DNA of 32,000 nt. Source: Planctopirus limnophila DSM 3776 (GTDB lineage: Bacteria; Planctomycetota; Planctomycetia; Planctomycetales; Planctomycetaceae). Positions within the stretch are counted from its first letter, which is position 1. Every line of letters starts with the position of its first letter. The DNA is taken from contig NC_014148.1 of assembly GCF_000092105.1 (NCBI RefSeq), positions 2,940,001 to 2,972,000 of the forward strand, given 5' to 3'. This document shows, one piece after another, positions 1 through 7,924 of this stretch. Below the pieces are notes generated by a model. The model was not told the DNA's origin, searched no databases, and saw nothing but the letters and a program-made list of their open reading frames with translations. A program made the position numbers and the translations under genes.

Positions 1-252
1 TCACCAGGTGGCTATATTCTCTCAAAGCTGGAGAATTTCGAACCTGCCAGCGGCATGGGCAGAGCCCCGCTCTTCGGAGAACTCGTGGTGCACTATTGCG
101 AAATGGAAGTCGCAGTTGGCGATGTCATTCGCCTCGAAAACTGTGTCATGACTATTCTCGATATCGATGGTGAAGAGATTACTGTCAAACTCGATCTGGA
201 TGACGAACCTTTTCCAGTCATTGGCAGTTTGACACTGTCTCGTCCCAGATAA
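1..252 (+). CDS. hypothetical protein; either the 3' end of a gene starting upstream of the window or a 65-aa protein from ATG 55
   Basis: Frame +1 is open from nt 1 to TAA 250-252. The sequence is acidic and beta-rich (VGDVIRLENCVMTILDIDGEEITVKLDLDDEP) and matches no family I recognise. The opposite-strand ORFs 22..282 and 93..332 look less protein-like. Confidence 0.35.
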   Translation, partial: SPGGYILSKLENFEPASGMGRAPLFGELVVHYCEMEVAVGDVIRLENCVMTILDIDGEEITVKLDLDDEPFPVIGSLTLSRPR

Positions 253-536
253 ACGGGTTTCGAGTCTTCGACGGCCCGGCATTTCCCGAAGCTGTGACCG
301 CTTCGCCCAATCTGATTGCGCCTGGGTGCCAACGGATCGATGGCACTGCTATGATACCGTATGCACGTGTGCCAGATGTCTGCTTCGTTTTTTTAAAACA
401 AAGCGATGGGAAAACAAAATTCTGGCTCCCCGCATCAGTGCAATTGCCAGCTTCAGTCAGACTTTCGCAAACATCCCATAGAAAATTGTCCTTCTATGAG
501 AGTATTGCGAGGATATTTGCCACGACACAGGTTCCT

Positions 537-1808
537 ATGGATACAGGTCAGCCAATCGAAGGACTGAGCACCATTGATGAAGCCATTGCGGCTCTCAAAA
601 TCGGTCGCATCATTATTGTGATCGATGACGAAGAGCGGGAAAACGAGGGCGATTTCGTTTGTGCTGCCGAATCGATCACACCAGAAATGGTCACCTTCAT
701 GCTCAGGTACGGAGCCGGTGTTCTGTGTGTTCCCTTAACGAAAGAAGCTGCCGATCGACAAGGTCTGGTTCCGATTGTGGACAGCTCACAGAACGATGCT
801 CCGAACCACACTTTGTTTCTGACGCCCGTCGACCATCGTCACGCAGGGTCTGGTGTTTCCAGTGAGAACCGGGCCATGACGATCAGGGCGATGGCTGACC
901 CGAAATCCTCCCGGCACGACTTTGTCAGGCCTGGTCATATTAATCCTCTGCTGGCCAAGGAGGGTGGCGTTCTAAGGCGTTCAGGACACACCGAAGCGAC
1001 TGTCGATCTGATGAAGATTGCCGGGCTTGAGCCTGTGGGTGTGCTGATCGAAATCCTCAGCGAATCTGGTCAGGGCATGGCCGCACTGCCAGAATTAAGG
1101 CAACTCGCTACCAGACACTCCATGCCAATCATTTCGATTGAGCAGCTCATCCGCTATCGCCGGTTGCGGGAGCAACTGGTTTCCAGAGAAGCGGAAGTCC
1201 CTCTGAACACCCGGGAGTACGGTCAATTCAAAGTGATTGCTTATCGTGTCGAACACGATGATCAGCAGCCACTCGCTCTCGTATGGGGAGACCTGGCATC
1301 GGCCACAAACCCGCTGGTGCGCGTCCACTCCTCCTGCTTTACAGGTGACGTTCTGGACTCTCTTCGCTGCGATTGCGGCGACCAGCTTCATCTGGCCATG
1401 AGAATGATCAACAGCGCCGGTGCCGGCGCTGTGATTTATCTGCCGCAGGAAGGGCGTGGAATTGGTCTGACGGCGAAACTGAAAGCCTATATGCTTCAAG
1501 ATGAAGGCTATGACACTGTTGAAGCCAATCACAAACTCGGCTTCAAATCCGACAGTCGGGATTACATGATCGGCCTGCAGATTCTTAAAGATCTGGGGTT
1601 ATCGAGCATCCGATTACTGACAAACAATCCCAAGAAAATGCAGGCCTTTCCCGCCTTCGATCTCGATGTGGTTGAGCAGGTTCCCATCATCGCCCCGGAC
1701 GATGAAAATCGTCGCCATTACATGGCAACCAAACGAGACAAAATGGGGCATCTGTTACCTGCCGAAATTGTGGTGCCGTCCTCGCCCAATGAGAACTCAC
1801 CCCATTGA
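537..1808 (+). CDS. ribBA: bifunctional 3,4-dihydroxy-2-butanone-4-phosphate synthase / GTP cyclohydrolase II (riboflavin biosynthesis)
   Basis: The N-terminal half has DHBP synthase motifs (GRIIIVIDDEERENEGDFV, GHTEATVDL). The C-terminal half has the GTP cyclohydrolase II zinc and catalytic region (VRVHSSCFTGDVLDSLRCDCGDQL, EGRGIGL). ATG 537 gives the canonical N-terminus MDTGQPIEGLSTIDEAI. The tracked ORF start at 294 adds 81 non-conserved residues. Confidence 0.93.
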   Translation: MDTGQPIEGLSTIDEAIAALKIGRIIIVIDDEERENEGDFVCAAESITPEMVTFMLRYGAGVLCVPLTKEAADRQGLVPIVDSSQNDAPNHTLFLTPVDHRHAGSGVSSENRAMTIRAMADPKSSRHDFVRPGHINPLLAKEGGVLRRSGHTEATVDLMKIAGLEPVGVLIEILSESGQGMAALPELRQLATRHSMPIISIEQLIRYRRLREQLVSREAEVPLNTREYGQFKVIAYRVEHDDQQPLALVWGDLASATNPLVRVHSSCFTGDVLDSLRCDCGDQLHLAMRMINSAGAGAVIYLPQEGRGIGLTAKLKAYMLQDEGYDTVEANHKLGFKSDSRDYMIGLQILKDLGLSSIRLLTNNPKKMQAFPAFDLDVVEQVPIIAPDDENRRHYMATKRDKMGHLLPAEIVVPSSPNENSPH

Positions 1809-1815
1809 CCTGAAA

Positions 1816-2073
1816 TCAGCACTCAACGACTTCTGCCAGCTCTTGAGAATGGTTGTCCTCCCGTTGTGCCGCATCAAAATTGGCTTTAAATGCGGCAAAG
1901 GCGGCATCCAGCATGGCTGATCCATTCTCTGCCAATTCACCTCTCACGATTCGGAGATGAGCCGGAGCTTCAATACCAATTTTGACAGCTCCTTTCCCCG
2001 TCTGGACGACCTTAATGACGATATCATTTCCGAGGTGAATTGATTCCGATTTCTTGCGTGTCAACACCAGCAT
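1816..2073 (-). CDS. csrA: carbon storage regulator CsrA (RNA-binding translational regulator) with an extended C-terminus
   Basis: [23 protein letters not shown]...[20 protein letters not shown] matches the CsrA/RsmA signature (MLxLxRK, GIxAP......RxE). At 85 aa it is longer than the usual 60-75 aa. ATG at 2073-2071. Confidence 0.85.
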   Translation of the reverse strand: MLVLTRKKSESIHLGNDIVIKVVQTGKGAVKIGIEAPAHLRIVRGELAENGSAMLDAAFAAFKANFDAAQREDNHSQELAEVVEC

Positions 2074-2504
2074 GATCGACTCCGTTCTCTACGCTCCAGT
2101 GGACAATTGTCACTCCTCCTTGTGACTCACCCGACAACAAACCTGGTTGTCATGGGTGCCTGCTTGGCATAGCCGAATCTCTATGCGATCTGCATGCCAC
2201 GATGAAACCCCAGAGAAATATCCACGCACAATTCGGCATAACCATCTACAAATACAACACTTGTAAATCACCAGCGAATCTTCGGCCGAATCTGCCGACT
2301 GTGGTTCCCAGCACTTTTTTACAAACCATCAGCCGGAAACTTGTGTAAACCTCGTCAGGCCGCAAGATCCAGAAAGTCGAAAATACATCTCGCTGGAGGC
2401 TGCACCTGTACGAAACGGGCTGGTGACCACATGACGACCTCCAGGTGAGCCGTGCTTATTTGTCATGCCGTCGCCGGAAAGGCGAGCAAATCGTGGCGGC
2501 TCGA

Positions 2505-2532
2505 TTGCAAGCTGACTCTGACCAGTTATACT
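2505..2532 (+). promoter_or_regulatory. candidate sigma70-type promoter for rpmB (TTGCAA-N16-TATACT)
   Basis: TTGCAA at 2505-2510, a 16-nt spacer, then TATACT at 2527-2532, about 80 nt upstream of the rpmB ATG. This is a pattern match only, and planctomycete promoter rules are poorly known. Confidence 0.4.
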
Positions 2533-2613
2533 TCAAAATCTTTCTTGCGTGTTTTCGGACTGGAAACTCGCATTTTGGGCGAATTGGACTTCCGCAGATG
2601 AGAGGATGACCCC

Positions 2614-2874
2614 ATGGGGGCTCAATGTGATCTCTGTAACAAATCAGTGACTTTCGGCAACACGCTTCAGCAGCGTGGTAAGGCGAAGTACCTGGGTGGT
2701 AACGGTCGCAAGACCACGGGTATCTCCCGTCGTGTCTTCCGTCCCAATCTGCAATCTGTCAACGTTCAGGTTGGCGAACGCAGCCAGAAAATGATGGTCT
2801 GCGTGAAGTGCATCCGCTCAGGCGTTGTGGCCAAGAAAGTTGTCCGCAAACCATTCACACTCCCTACAGTTTAG
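2614..2874 (+). CDS. rpmB: 50S ribosomal protein bL28, zinc-ribbon (C+) form
   Basis: The N-terminus C-x-x-C-NK-V-FGN and the central RRVFRPNLQSVNV match the bL28 pattern (RRF.PNLQ). Four Cys form CxxC...CxxC (C5, C8, C63, C66). GAGAGGA lies upstream of ATG 2614. Confidence 0.85.
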   Translation: MGAQCDLCNKSVTFGNTLQQRGKAKYLGGNGRKTTGISRRVFRPNLQSVNVQVGERSQKMMVCVKCIRSGVVAKKVVRKPFTLPTV

Positions 2875-2880
2875 TTCGAA

Positions 2881-2901
2881 TATGCCACGTTCCCTGGCAT
2901 A
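2881..2901 (+). terminator. stem-loop immediately after the rpmB stop (7-bp stem TATGCCA/TGGCATA, 7-nt loop), with no clear U-tract
   Basis: Read directly: tatgcca-cgttccc-tggcata, starting 7 nt after TAG 2872-2874. The lack of a T-run makes an intrinsic terminator role uncertain. Confidence 0.25.
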
Positions 2902-3003
2902 GTCTCAACTAAATTTCTTGTGATGACTCACTCATACAGTGCTGACTAAGAACAATCGCAACTGTCAGCGAGTTTACAGTTAAGCAGTTGATGATTAGTT
3001 TGT

Positions 3004-3050
3004 AAGCCCGACGATTCTCCTCATATCGCTGAGGGAAATTGATCGGGCTT
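3004..3050 (+). promoter_or_regulatory. two-tier stem-loop in the rpmB-gatC spacer (outer AAGCCCGA/TCGGGCTT, inner CTCCTCA/TGAGGGA-type stem)
   Basis: The outer 8-bp stem pairs 3004-3011 with 3043-3050. An inner 5-6-bp stem pairs 3018-3023 with 3030-3035. It sits 29 nt upstream of the gatC ATG, followed by ctgcctttc. It could be a terminator, attenuator or leader structure. Confidence 0.25.
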
Positions 3051-3078
3051 CTGCCTTTCATCATGCCGGGATTTCATC

Positions 3079-3399
3079 ATGACTGAACCACAACAGGCAA
3101 CGGAAACCAGCCCTGCTCTTTCACTTTCCGATGTGGCACGAATTGCTCGCCTGGCACGACTGAAGCTCACTGAGAATGAACTTGCGATCTACTCGATTCA
3201 ACTCGGCAAGATTCTCGAATTCATGACGGTCCTTCGCGAGGTGGATACGACAGGCATCGAACCCATGGTTTCCGCCGTTCCCTGCGAGAATGTGTTTCGA
3301 GAAGATCTCATTGTGGAATCTCTTCCCCGAAAGCTGGCTCTCGCGAATGCCCCGAAAACGGATGGCAAGTCATTTTTGGTTCCCAATATTCTTGGCTAA
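3079..3399 (+). CDS. gatC: Asp-tRNA(Asn)/Glu-tRNA(Gln) amidotransferase subunit C
   Basis: 106-aa protein with the GatC pattern (VARIARLARLKLTENEL...QLGKILEFM..LREVDTTGIEPM). It lies immediately upstream of gatA and gatB. Confidence 0.9.
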   Translation: MTEPQQATETSPALSLSDVARIARLARLKLTENELAIYSIQLGKILEFMTVLREVDTTGIEPMVSAVPCENVFREDLIVESLPRKLALANAPKTDGKSFLVPNILG

Positions 3400-3495
3400 G
3401 CTCAGAATGGGTCCCTTCGCACAGAATGCCTTGTTTGCTCAAAAGATCTGACTTTTTTTCCCGACGTAGAGCCAGTGTCCTGAAGGAGAATTTTG

Positions 3496-5001
3496 GTGAC
3501 TCTTGAAGCCGGCAGTTCCCTGAAGACAGGAAGTGGCACTGGGACTTCTTCAATTGGATCTCTTTTCAGGGCATTGAATTCAGGAACAACCACGAGCCGC
3601 CAGATCGTCGAGTCCTGCCTCAACGCGATCGATCAAAGAGATGGCTCGATTGGAGCCTTCCTGCACGTCGACCGTGAACGGGCACTTCAGGCAGCCGAAG
3701 CCAGTGATCTTCGGAGATCCACCGGGGAAGTTCGAGGCCCGCTGGATGGTCTCCCCATTTCCATCAAGGATGCCATCTGCGAAGCAGGTCAACCAGCCAC
3801 GTGTGCCAGCCGGATCCTCGAAGGTTATGTTTCGCCTTACTCGGCAACGGTCATCGATCGCCTGCATGCCGCAGGAGCCATTCCTCTGGGACGCGTCAAT
3901 CTCGATGAATTTGCCATGGGATCGTCGAGTGAAAACTCGGCCTATCAATTGACCCATAATCCCTGGGATCTCACGCGCACGCCCGGTGGCTCCAGCAGTG
4001 GTTCTGCCGCCAGCGTGGCAGCACGCATGGTCCCCGGCTCACTGGGGAGTGATACAGGTGGATCGATTCGTCAACCCGCCTCCCTTTGTGGAGTTGTGGG
4101 CCTCAAACCGACCTATGGCCGAGTTTCACGTTACGGGCTGGTGGCATTTGCCAGTTCTCTGGAGCAGATTGGCCCCTTCTCACTCGATGTTTTCGGTGCC
4201 GCAGCTTTACTGCAGACCATCGCCGGTCACGACCCGCATGACTCCACCTGTGTGAACACTCCCGCCGAAGATTATCTGCAAACACTCGATACTCCACTCG
4301 CGGATCTCCGGATTGGAGTTCCCAAAGAATATTTTGGTGAAGGGCTCGACCCCGAGGTTCAGAACATCGTCGAAGAGGCTTTGGCAGTTTATACACAGCA
4401 CGGTGCGAAGCTCGTTCCAGTCGAGCTTCCCCACAGCAAGTATTCGGTAGCAACTTATTACATTATCGCCCCATCGGAAGCATCGAGTAACCTCGCCCGA
4501 TTTGATGGCATTCACTATGGCTATCGCAGTCCGAACTTTACAGATCTGGAATCTCTGTATGCGGCCAGTCGGGGGGAAGGCTTTGGTCCTGAAGTCAAAC
4601 GTCGCATCATGCTGGGAACTTATGCTTTATCGGCCGGATATGCTGACAAATACTACGTCAAAGCCCTGCAGATCCGGCGATTGATCCGCCAGGATTTTGA
4701 TGCAGCATTCCAGCAGTGCGATGTGATTGCCGGCCCAGTGACACCCACACCCGCCTTCAAGCTGGGTGAACTGGCAGACGACCCCTTGGCAATGTATCTG
4801 TCAGATATCTATACCATCGCTGCGAATCTGGCCGGGATTCCGGCAATTTCGATACCTGCCGGTTGGACTGCCAGTGGCCTGCCAGTGGGATTGCAGTTGC
4901 AAGGGCCGGTCTTTACCGAAAGCCGCCTCTTGCGTGCCGCTCGAATGCTTGAAATCGACCGCCCCTGGATTGATCGATTACCACCAGCTGCAGGCGGGTA
5001 A
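3496..5001 (+). CDS. gatA: Asp-tRNA(Asn)/Glu-tRNA(Gln) amidotransferase subunit A
   Basis: Amidase signature (GGSSSGSAASVAA, DTGGSIRQPASLCG) and full-length GatA-like sequence. A GAAGGAGA Shine-Dalgarno sits at 3483-3490. I prefer GTG 3496 (7-nt spacing from GGAG) over the TTG 3493 used by the ORF track, but either is possible. Confidence 0.93.
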   Translation: MTLEAGSSLKTGSGTGTSSIGSLFRALNSGTTTSRQIVESCLNAIDQRDGSIGAFLHVDRERALQAAEASDLRRSTGEVRGPLDGLPISIKDAICEAGQPATCASRILEGYVSPYSATVIDRLHAAGAIPLGRVNLDEFAMGSSSENSAYQLTHNPWDLTRTPGGSSSGSAASVAARMVPGSLGSDTGGSIRQPASLCGVVGLKPTYGRVSRYGLVAFASSLEQIGPFSLDVFGAAALLQTIAGHDPHDSTCVNTPAEDYLQTLDTPLADLRIGVPKEYFGEGLDPEVQNIVEEALAVYTQHGAKLVPVELPHSKYSVATYYIIAPSEASSNLARFDGIHYGYRSPNFTDLESLYAASRGEGFGPEVKRRIMLGTYALSAGYADKYYVKALQIRRLIRQDFDAAFQQCDVIAGPVTPTPAFKLGELADDPLAMYLSDIYTIAANLAGIPAISIPAGWTASGLPVGLQLQGPVFTESRLLRAARMLEIDRPWIDRLPPAAGG

Positions 5002-5084
5002 TGGCTAATGGACAACCAGTCGTCTGATCGTCTTTCCAGTGTTTCGCCTCCGTCTGTTTTTGTATTCTGTCTGAGAGCCATGGC

Positions 5085-6602
5085 ATGAAATACGATGTCA
5101 TTATCGGTCTTGAAGTTCACGCTCAGCTTCAGACGAAGACCAAAATCTTCTGCGGTTGTGCGACCGACTTTACACCAGATGCGCCCAATATCCGCACCTG
5201 CCCTGTCTGTTTGGGGCTTCCGGGCGCCTTGCCGGTGTTGAACAGACGGGCGTTCGAAATGGCCGTCAAGGCGGCCTTGGGTCTCCGCTGCCAGATCGCC
5301 CATTTCACCAAATGGGATCGCAAACAGTATTTCTATCCGGATCTACCCAAAGGCTATCAGATCAGCCAGTACGATTTGCCATTCAGTCATTCGGGTCTGA
5401 TGGAGATTCCCGCAGATCCAGAAGTGGCTGGCGCGGAAGGCTTGACTCGAAAAGTGCGCATCATCCGGGCTCACCTCGAAGATGATGCAGGCAAGAACAT
5501 TCACGATGAATCGGGCCGGGGATCAGAGAGTCAGGTGGACTTGAACCGCGCAGGAACACCCTTGGTCGAGATTGTCACTGAACCCGATCTTCGATCGCCC
5601 AAAGAAGCTCGCATGCTGCTGGAAGAAATCCGGCTGCTGCTGCTCTACTTCGGTGTTTCCGACTGCAATATGCAGGAAGGAAATCTGCGCTGCGATGCGA
5701 ATATCAACCTGCATCTTCACCATGATTCGGGCATAACCACCAAAACCCCGATTGTCGAAATCAAGAATCTCAACAGCTTTCGCTTTCTGGAGCAGGCTTG
5801 TGAGTACGAAGTTTCCCGACAATTGAAAACTTATGGCCACCTTGAGGAAATCGCGGATCGCACCAAACGAACATTTGGCTATGACCCACAACGCGGCGTC
5901 ACGATTGAACAGCGCAGTAAAGAAGAAGCTGCTGACTACCGGTACTTTCCTGATCCTGATCTGGTGCCGGTGATTGTGACTGCTGATCAGATCCAATTGT
6001 GGCAAGCCGATCTCCCGGAACGTCCACAGGATCGCCGTCAACGCTATCAGACGGAATTGGGATTGAGCCCGTATGATGCTGGCGTGATCATTGAACAAGG
6101 GCGTGCTTTCGCCGATTTCTTTGAACAGATTGTCGCGCATGGGGCTGAACCCAAACAAGCCTCCAACTGGATCACTCAGGAGATCCAGCGCATTCTCAAT
6201 GAACGCAAATGCTCGATCGGGGAATTCCCGGTATCCGCTGAACTGGTGGGGACAATCCTGAAGAAAGTGAGCGACAAGCAGCTCACACTCAAGGCGGCTC
6301 GGGAAGCTCTTGACGCTCTAGTTTCATACAGCGAAGAAAACACGGTCAGCCAGGAAACACTCGAGAAAGTCATCCAGGAGCGCGGGCTGGCCATTGTTCA
6401 GAATGATGAGTTGCTCCTGAACATTATTCAGCAGGTCATTCAAAAGAACCCCAAACCTGTGGCCGATTATCTCGGCGGTAAACAGGCTGCCGCAGGCTCA
6501 CTCCTGGGCCAGGTAATGCGTGAAGCCCGGGGTGCTGATCCTCAATTGGTGAAGAGTCTGGTCACACAGGCTCTCGACGCCCTGAAAAGCGGGAATTCCT
6601 GA
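5085..6602 (+). CDS. gatB: Asp-tRNA(Asn)/Glu-tRNA(Gln) amidotransferase subunit B
   Basis: Canonical GatB N-terminus MKYDVIIGLEVHAQL.TKTKIFCGC, then CPVCLGLPGALPVLN, and a C-terminal YqeY-like tail domain. Confidence 0.95.
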   Translation: MKYDVIIGLEVHAQLQTKTKIFCGCATDFTPDAPNIRTCPVCLGLPGALPVLNRRAFEMAVKAALGLRCQIAHFTKWDRKQYFYPDLPKGYQISQYDLPFSHSGLMEIPADPEVAGAEGLTRKVRIIRAHLEDDAGKNIHDESGRGSESQVDLNRAGTPLVEIVTEPDLRSPKEARMLLEEIRLLLLYFGVSDCNMQEGNLRCDANINLHLHHDSGITTKTPIVEIKNLNSFRFLEQACEYEVSRQLKTYGHLEEIADRTKRTFGYDPQRGVTIEQRSKEEAADYRYFPDPDLVPVIVTADQIQLWQADLPERPQDRRQRYQTELGLSPYDAGVIIEQGRAFADFFEQIVAHGAEPKQASNWITQEIQRILNERKCSIGEFPVSAELVGTILKKVSDKQLTLKAAREALDALVSYSEENTVSQETLEKVIQERGLAIVQNDELLLNIIQQVIQKNPKPVADYLGGKQAAAGSLLGQVMREARGADPQLVKSLVTQALDALKSGNS

Positions 6603-6721
6603 ATCGATGCCCCCTTCTCGAATAAATAGATAGCCCCGTCGAGATGTTTCTTTGGTATCGTGATGTTGAGAGAGTTCACCAAAAGAATTGAGCATCTACT
6701 CGTCATGGCATCAGGTTCAAT

Positions 6722-7663
6722 GTGAATACGCTCCAACTCCAGAGCCGACCCCGGCATGATCGTTCGAACCTCGCAAGGCTTTCGTTTGCGAGATTTCGTC
6801 GAACGATCGGACTTTGGATTTGTGTGAGTCTTTGTGTCGTGATCACCCCTTCCCTGGGGGATGAACCCAAACCAGCATCGAATATCAGTCAAGGTGCAGG
6901 GATTCAGGAACCCAGTCAGTTACCTCAACCCCAGCAAACGCCCGTTCCTCCACCAAGTGGAGCGGCTGCGATCACGCCTGACTCACCACAAAGGCAATTA
7001 CTGTCTGTCTCGGACATCAAGAAAAACTGGGTGATTTTTTCCGTTGAAAAAACCGGTCGAGACGATGTCTGGAAAGTTCAGAAAGCCGCCACCGAGGAAG
7101 ATTCCGAACTCATTTGTCTCGGTAAACCTTTTGGGTATCTTCAATCCCCTGAGAAATTCGCTGACTTTGACATGGGGTTTGAGTGGAAGTATCCCGACGA
7201 CCCGAATGGGAACAGTGGCCTGCTGGTCTACACCGACAAGGAAGAGAGAATCTGGCCGGACTCCATTCAGATCCAGTTGCATGCCCCCGCAGCCGGAAGC
7301 ATTTTCCCGGCTGGAGCCGCAACTTCGAGTACCACCATCAACGTCAAAGGTCTCTCCCGCCCTGCAGGTGAGTGGAATTCGTTACAAGTGAGCAGCCGGA
7401 GTGGCCGACTCGCTGTCGTTGTGAATGGAACTCGAGTTGGGGAAGTTCTGGCAACAGATCAAACCAGTGGCCGACTCGCTCTCCAGAGCGAAGGGGCCGT
7501 CGTGCATTTTCGCCGCTTCTGGCTGAATCCTGCCCCCAAAGAGAATTCTGTTACTCTGGAGAAGTCTGTGACTGTGGAGACTGACAAACCACCGACGAAA
7601 GTTGATCCTGATCCTGTCGGTTCGTCTGAACCCAAGCCGCCAGCGGCGAACCCGCAGTCCTGA
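6722..7663 (+). CDS. exported DUF1080 (3-keto-disaccharide hydrolase-like, concanavalin-type) domain protein with Pro-rich N- and C-terminal linkers
   Basis: Hydrophobic signal or anchor IGLWICVSLCVVITP. DUF1080-like pattern F.DFDMGFEWKY....NSGLLVY, then PAGEWNSLQV...G.L.VVVNG..V, then GRLALQSEGAVVHFRRFWL. GTG start at 6722. Confidence 0.8.
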   Translation: MNTLQLQSRPRHDRSNLARLSFARFRRTIGLWICVSLCVVITPSLGDEPKPASNISQGAGIQEPSQLPQPQQTPVPPPSGAAAITPDSPQRQLLSVSDIKKNWVIFSVEKTGRDDVWKVQKAATEEDSELICLGKPFGYLQSPEKFADFDMGFEWKYPDDPNGNSGLLVYTDKEERIWPDSIQIQLHAPAAGSIFPAGAATSSTTINVKGLSRPAGEWNSLQVSSRSGRLAVVVNGTRVGEVLATDQTSGRLALQSEGAVVHFRRFWLNPAPKENSVTLEKSVTVETDKPPTKVDPDPVGSSEPKPPAANPQS

Positions 7664-7924
7664 TGCACAGAAATCGCTCGATTCGAAATGAGACAATGCG
7701 ATCTGCGCAACCCGCAAAGTCTGTCATACCAATCGTGAAATCTGCAAAGTGCGGCAGATCAGTGGCCATGCTCTCTACTGGCAGTTGGCACAATTTTTGG
7801 CGGAATCGACGTCAGGCTTTCCTTACCCCATTTCGCAATGATACCATCCACAGACAGGTTCCAGAGACCTTCAAGGTGATGGGCTGAACCTCGACTCATA
7901 ACTTTTTCCGGAGCCGTTTCATTT

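Noticed and set aside
55-252. Weak resemblance of the small upstream ORF to the CsrA beta-strand pattern (VIRLENCVMTILDIDGEEITVKLDLDDEP versus [27 protein letters not shown])
   Set aside because: There are only about 7 identities over 28 positions. It needs a gap, and the RNA-binding motif (GIxAP......RxE) and the N-terminal LxLxRK are absent. An alternating hydrophobic pattern is common in small beta proteins, so I do not call it CsrA-like.
294-536. 5' extension of the tracked ribBA ORF (start 294, 81 extra residues)
   Set aside because: The extra residues (MTASPNLIAPGCQRIDG...SFYESIARIFATTQVP) resemble no RibB N-terminus. ATG 537 gives the canonical start, so the extension is most likely untranslated leader.
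253-536. Possible FMN (RFN) riboswitch upstream of ribBA
   Set aside because: I looked for the conserved RFN core (GGGCAGGGUGAAAUUCCC...CCGACGGU...AGUCCGGAUGGGAGA) on both strands. I found only faint fragments (UCUUCG, AUUUCCCGA, CCAACGGAU) in the wrong context and without the G-rich helices. An Infernal scan with the Rfam FMN riboswitch model (RF00050) would settle it.
5523-6158. 211-aa ORF antisense to gatB
   Set aside because: It lies fully inside a confidently identified gene on the other strand and has low-complexity, odd composition. This is a typical shadow ORF.
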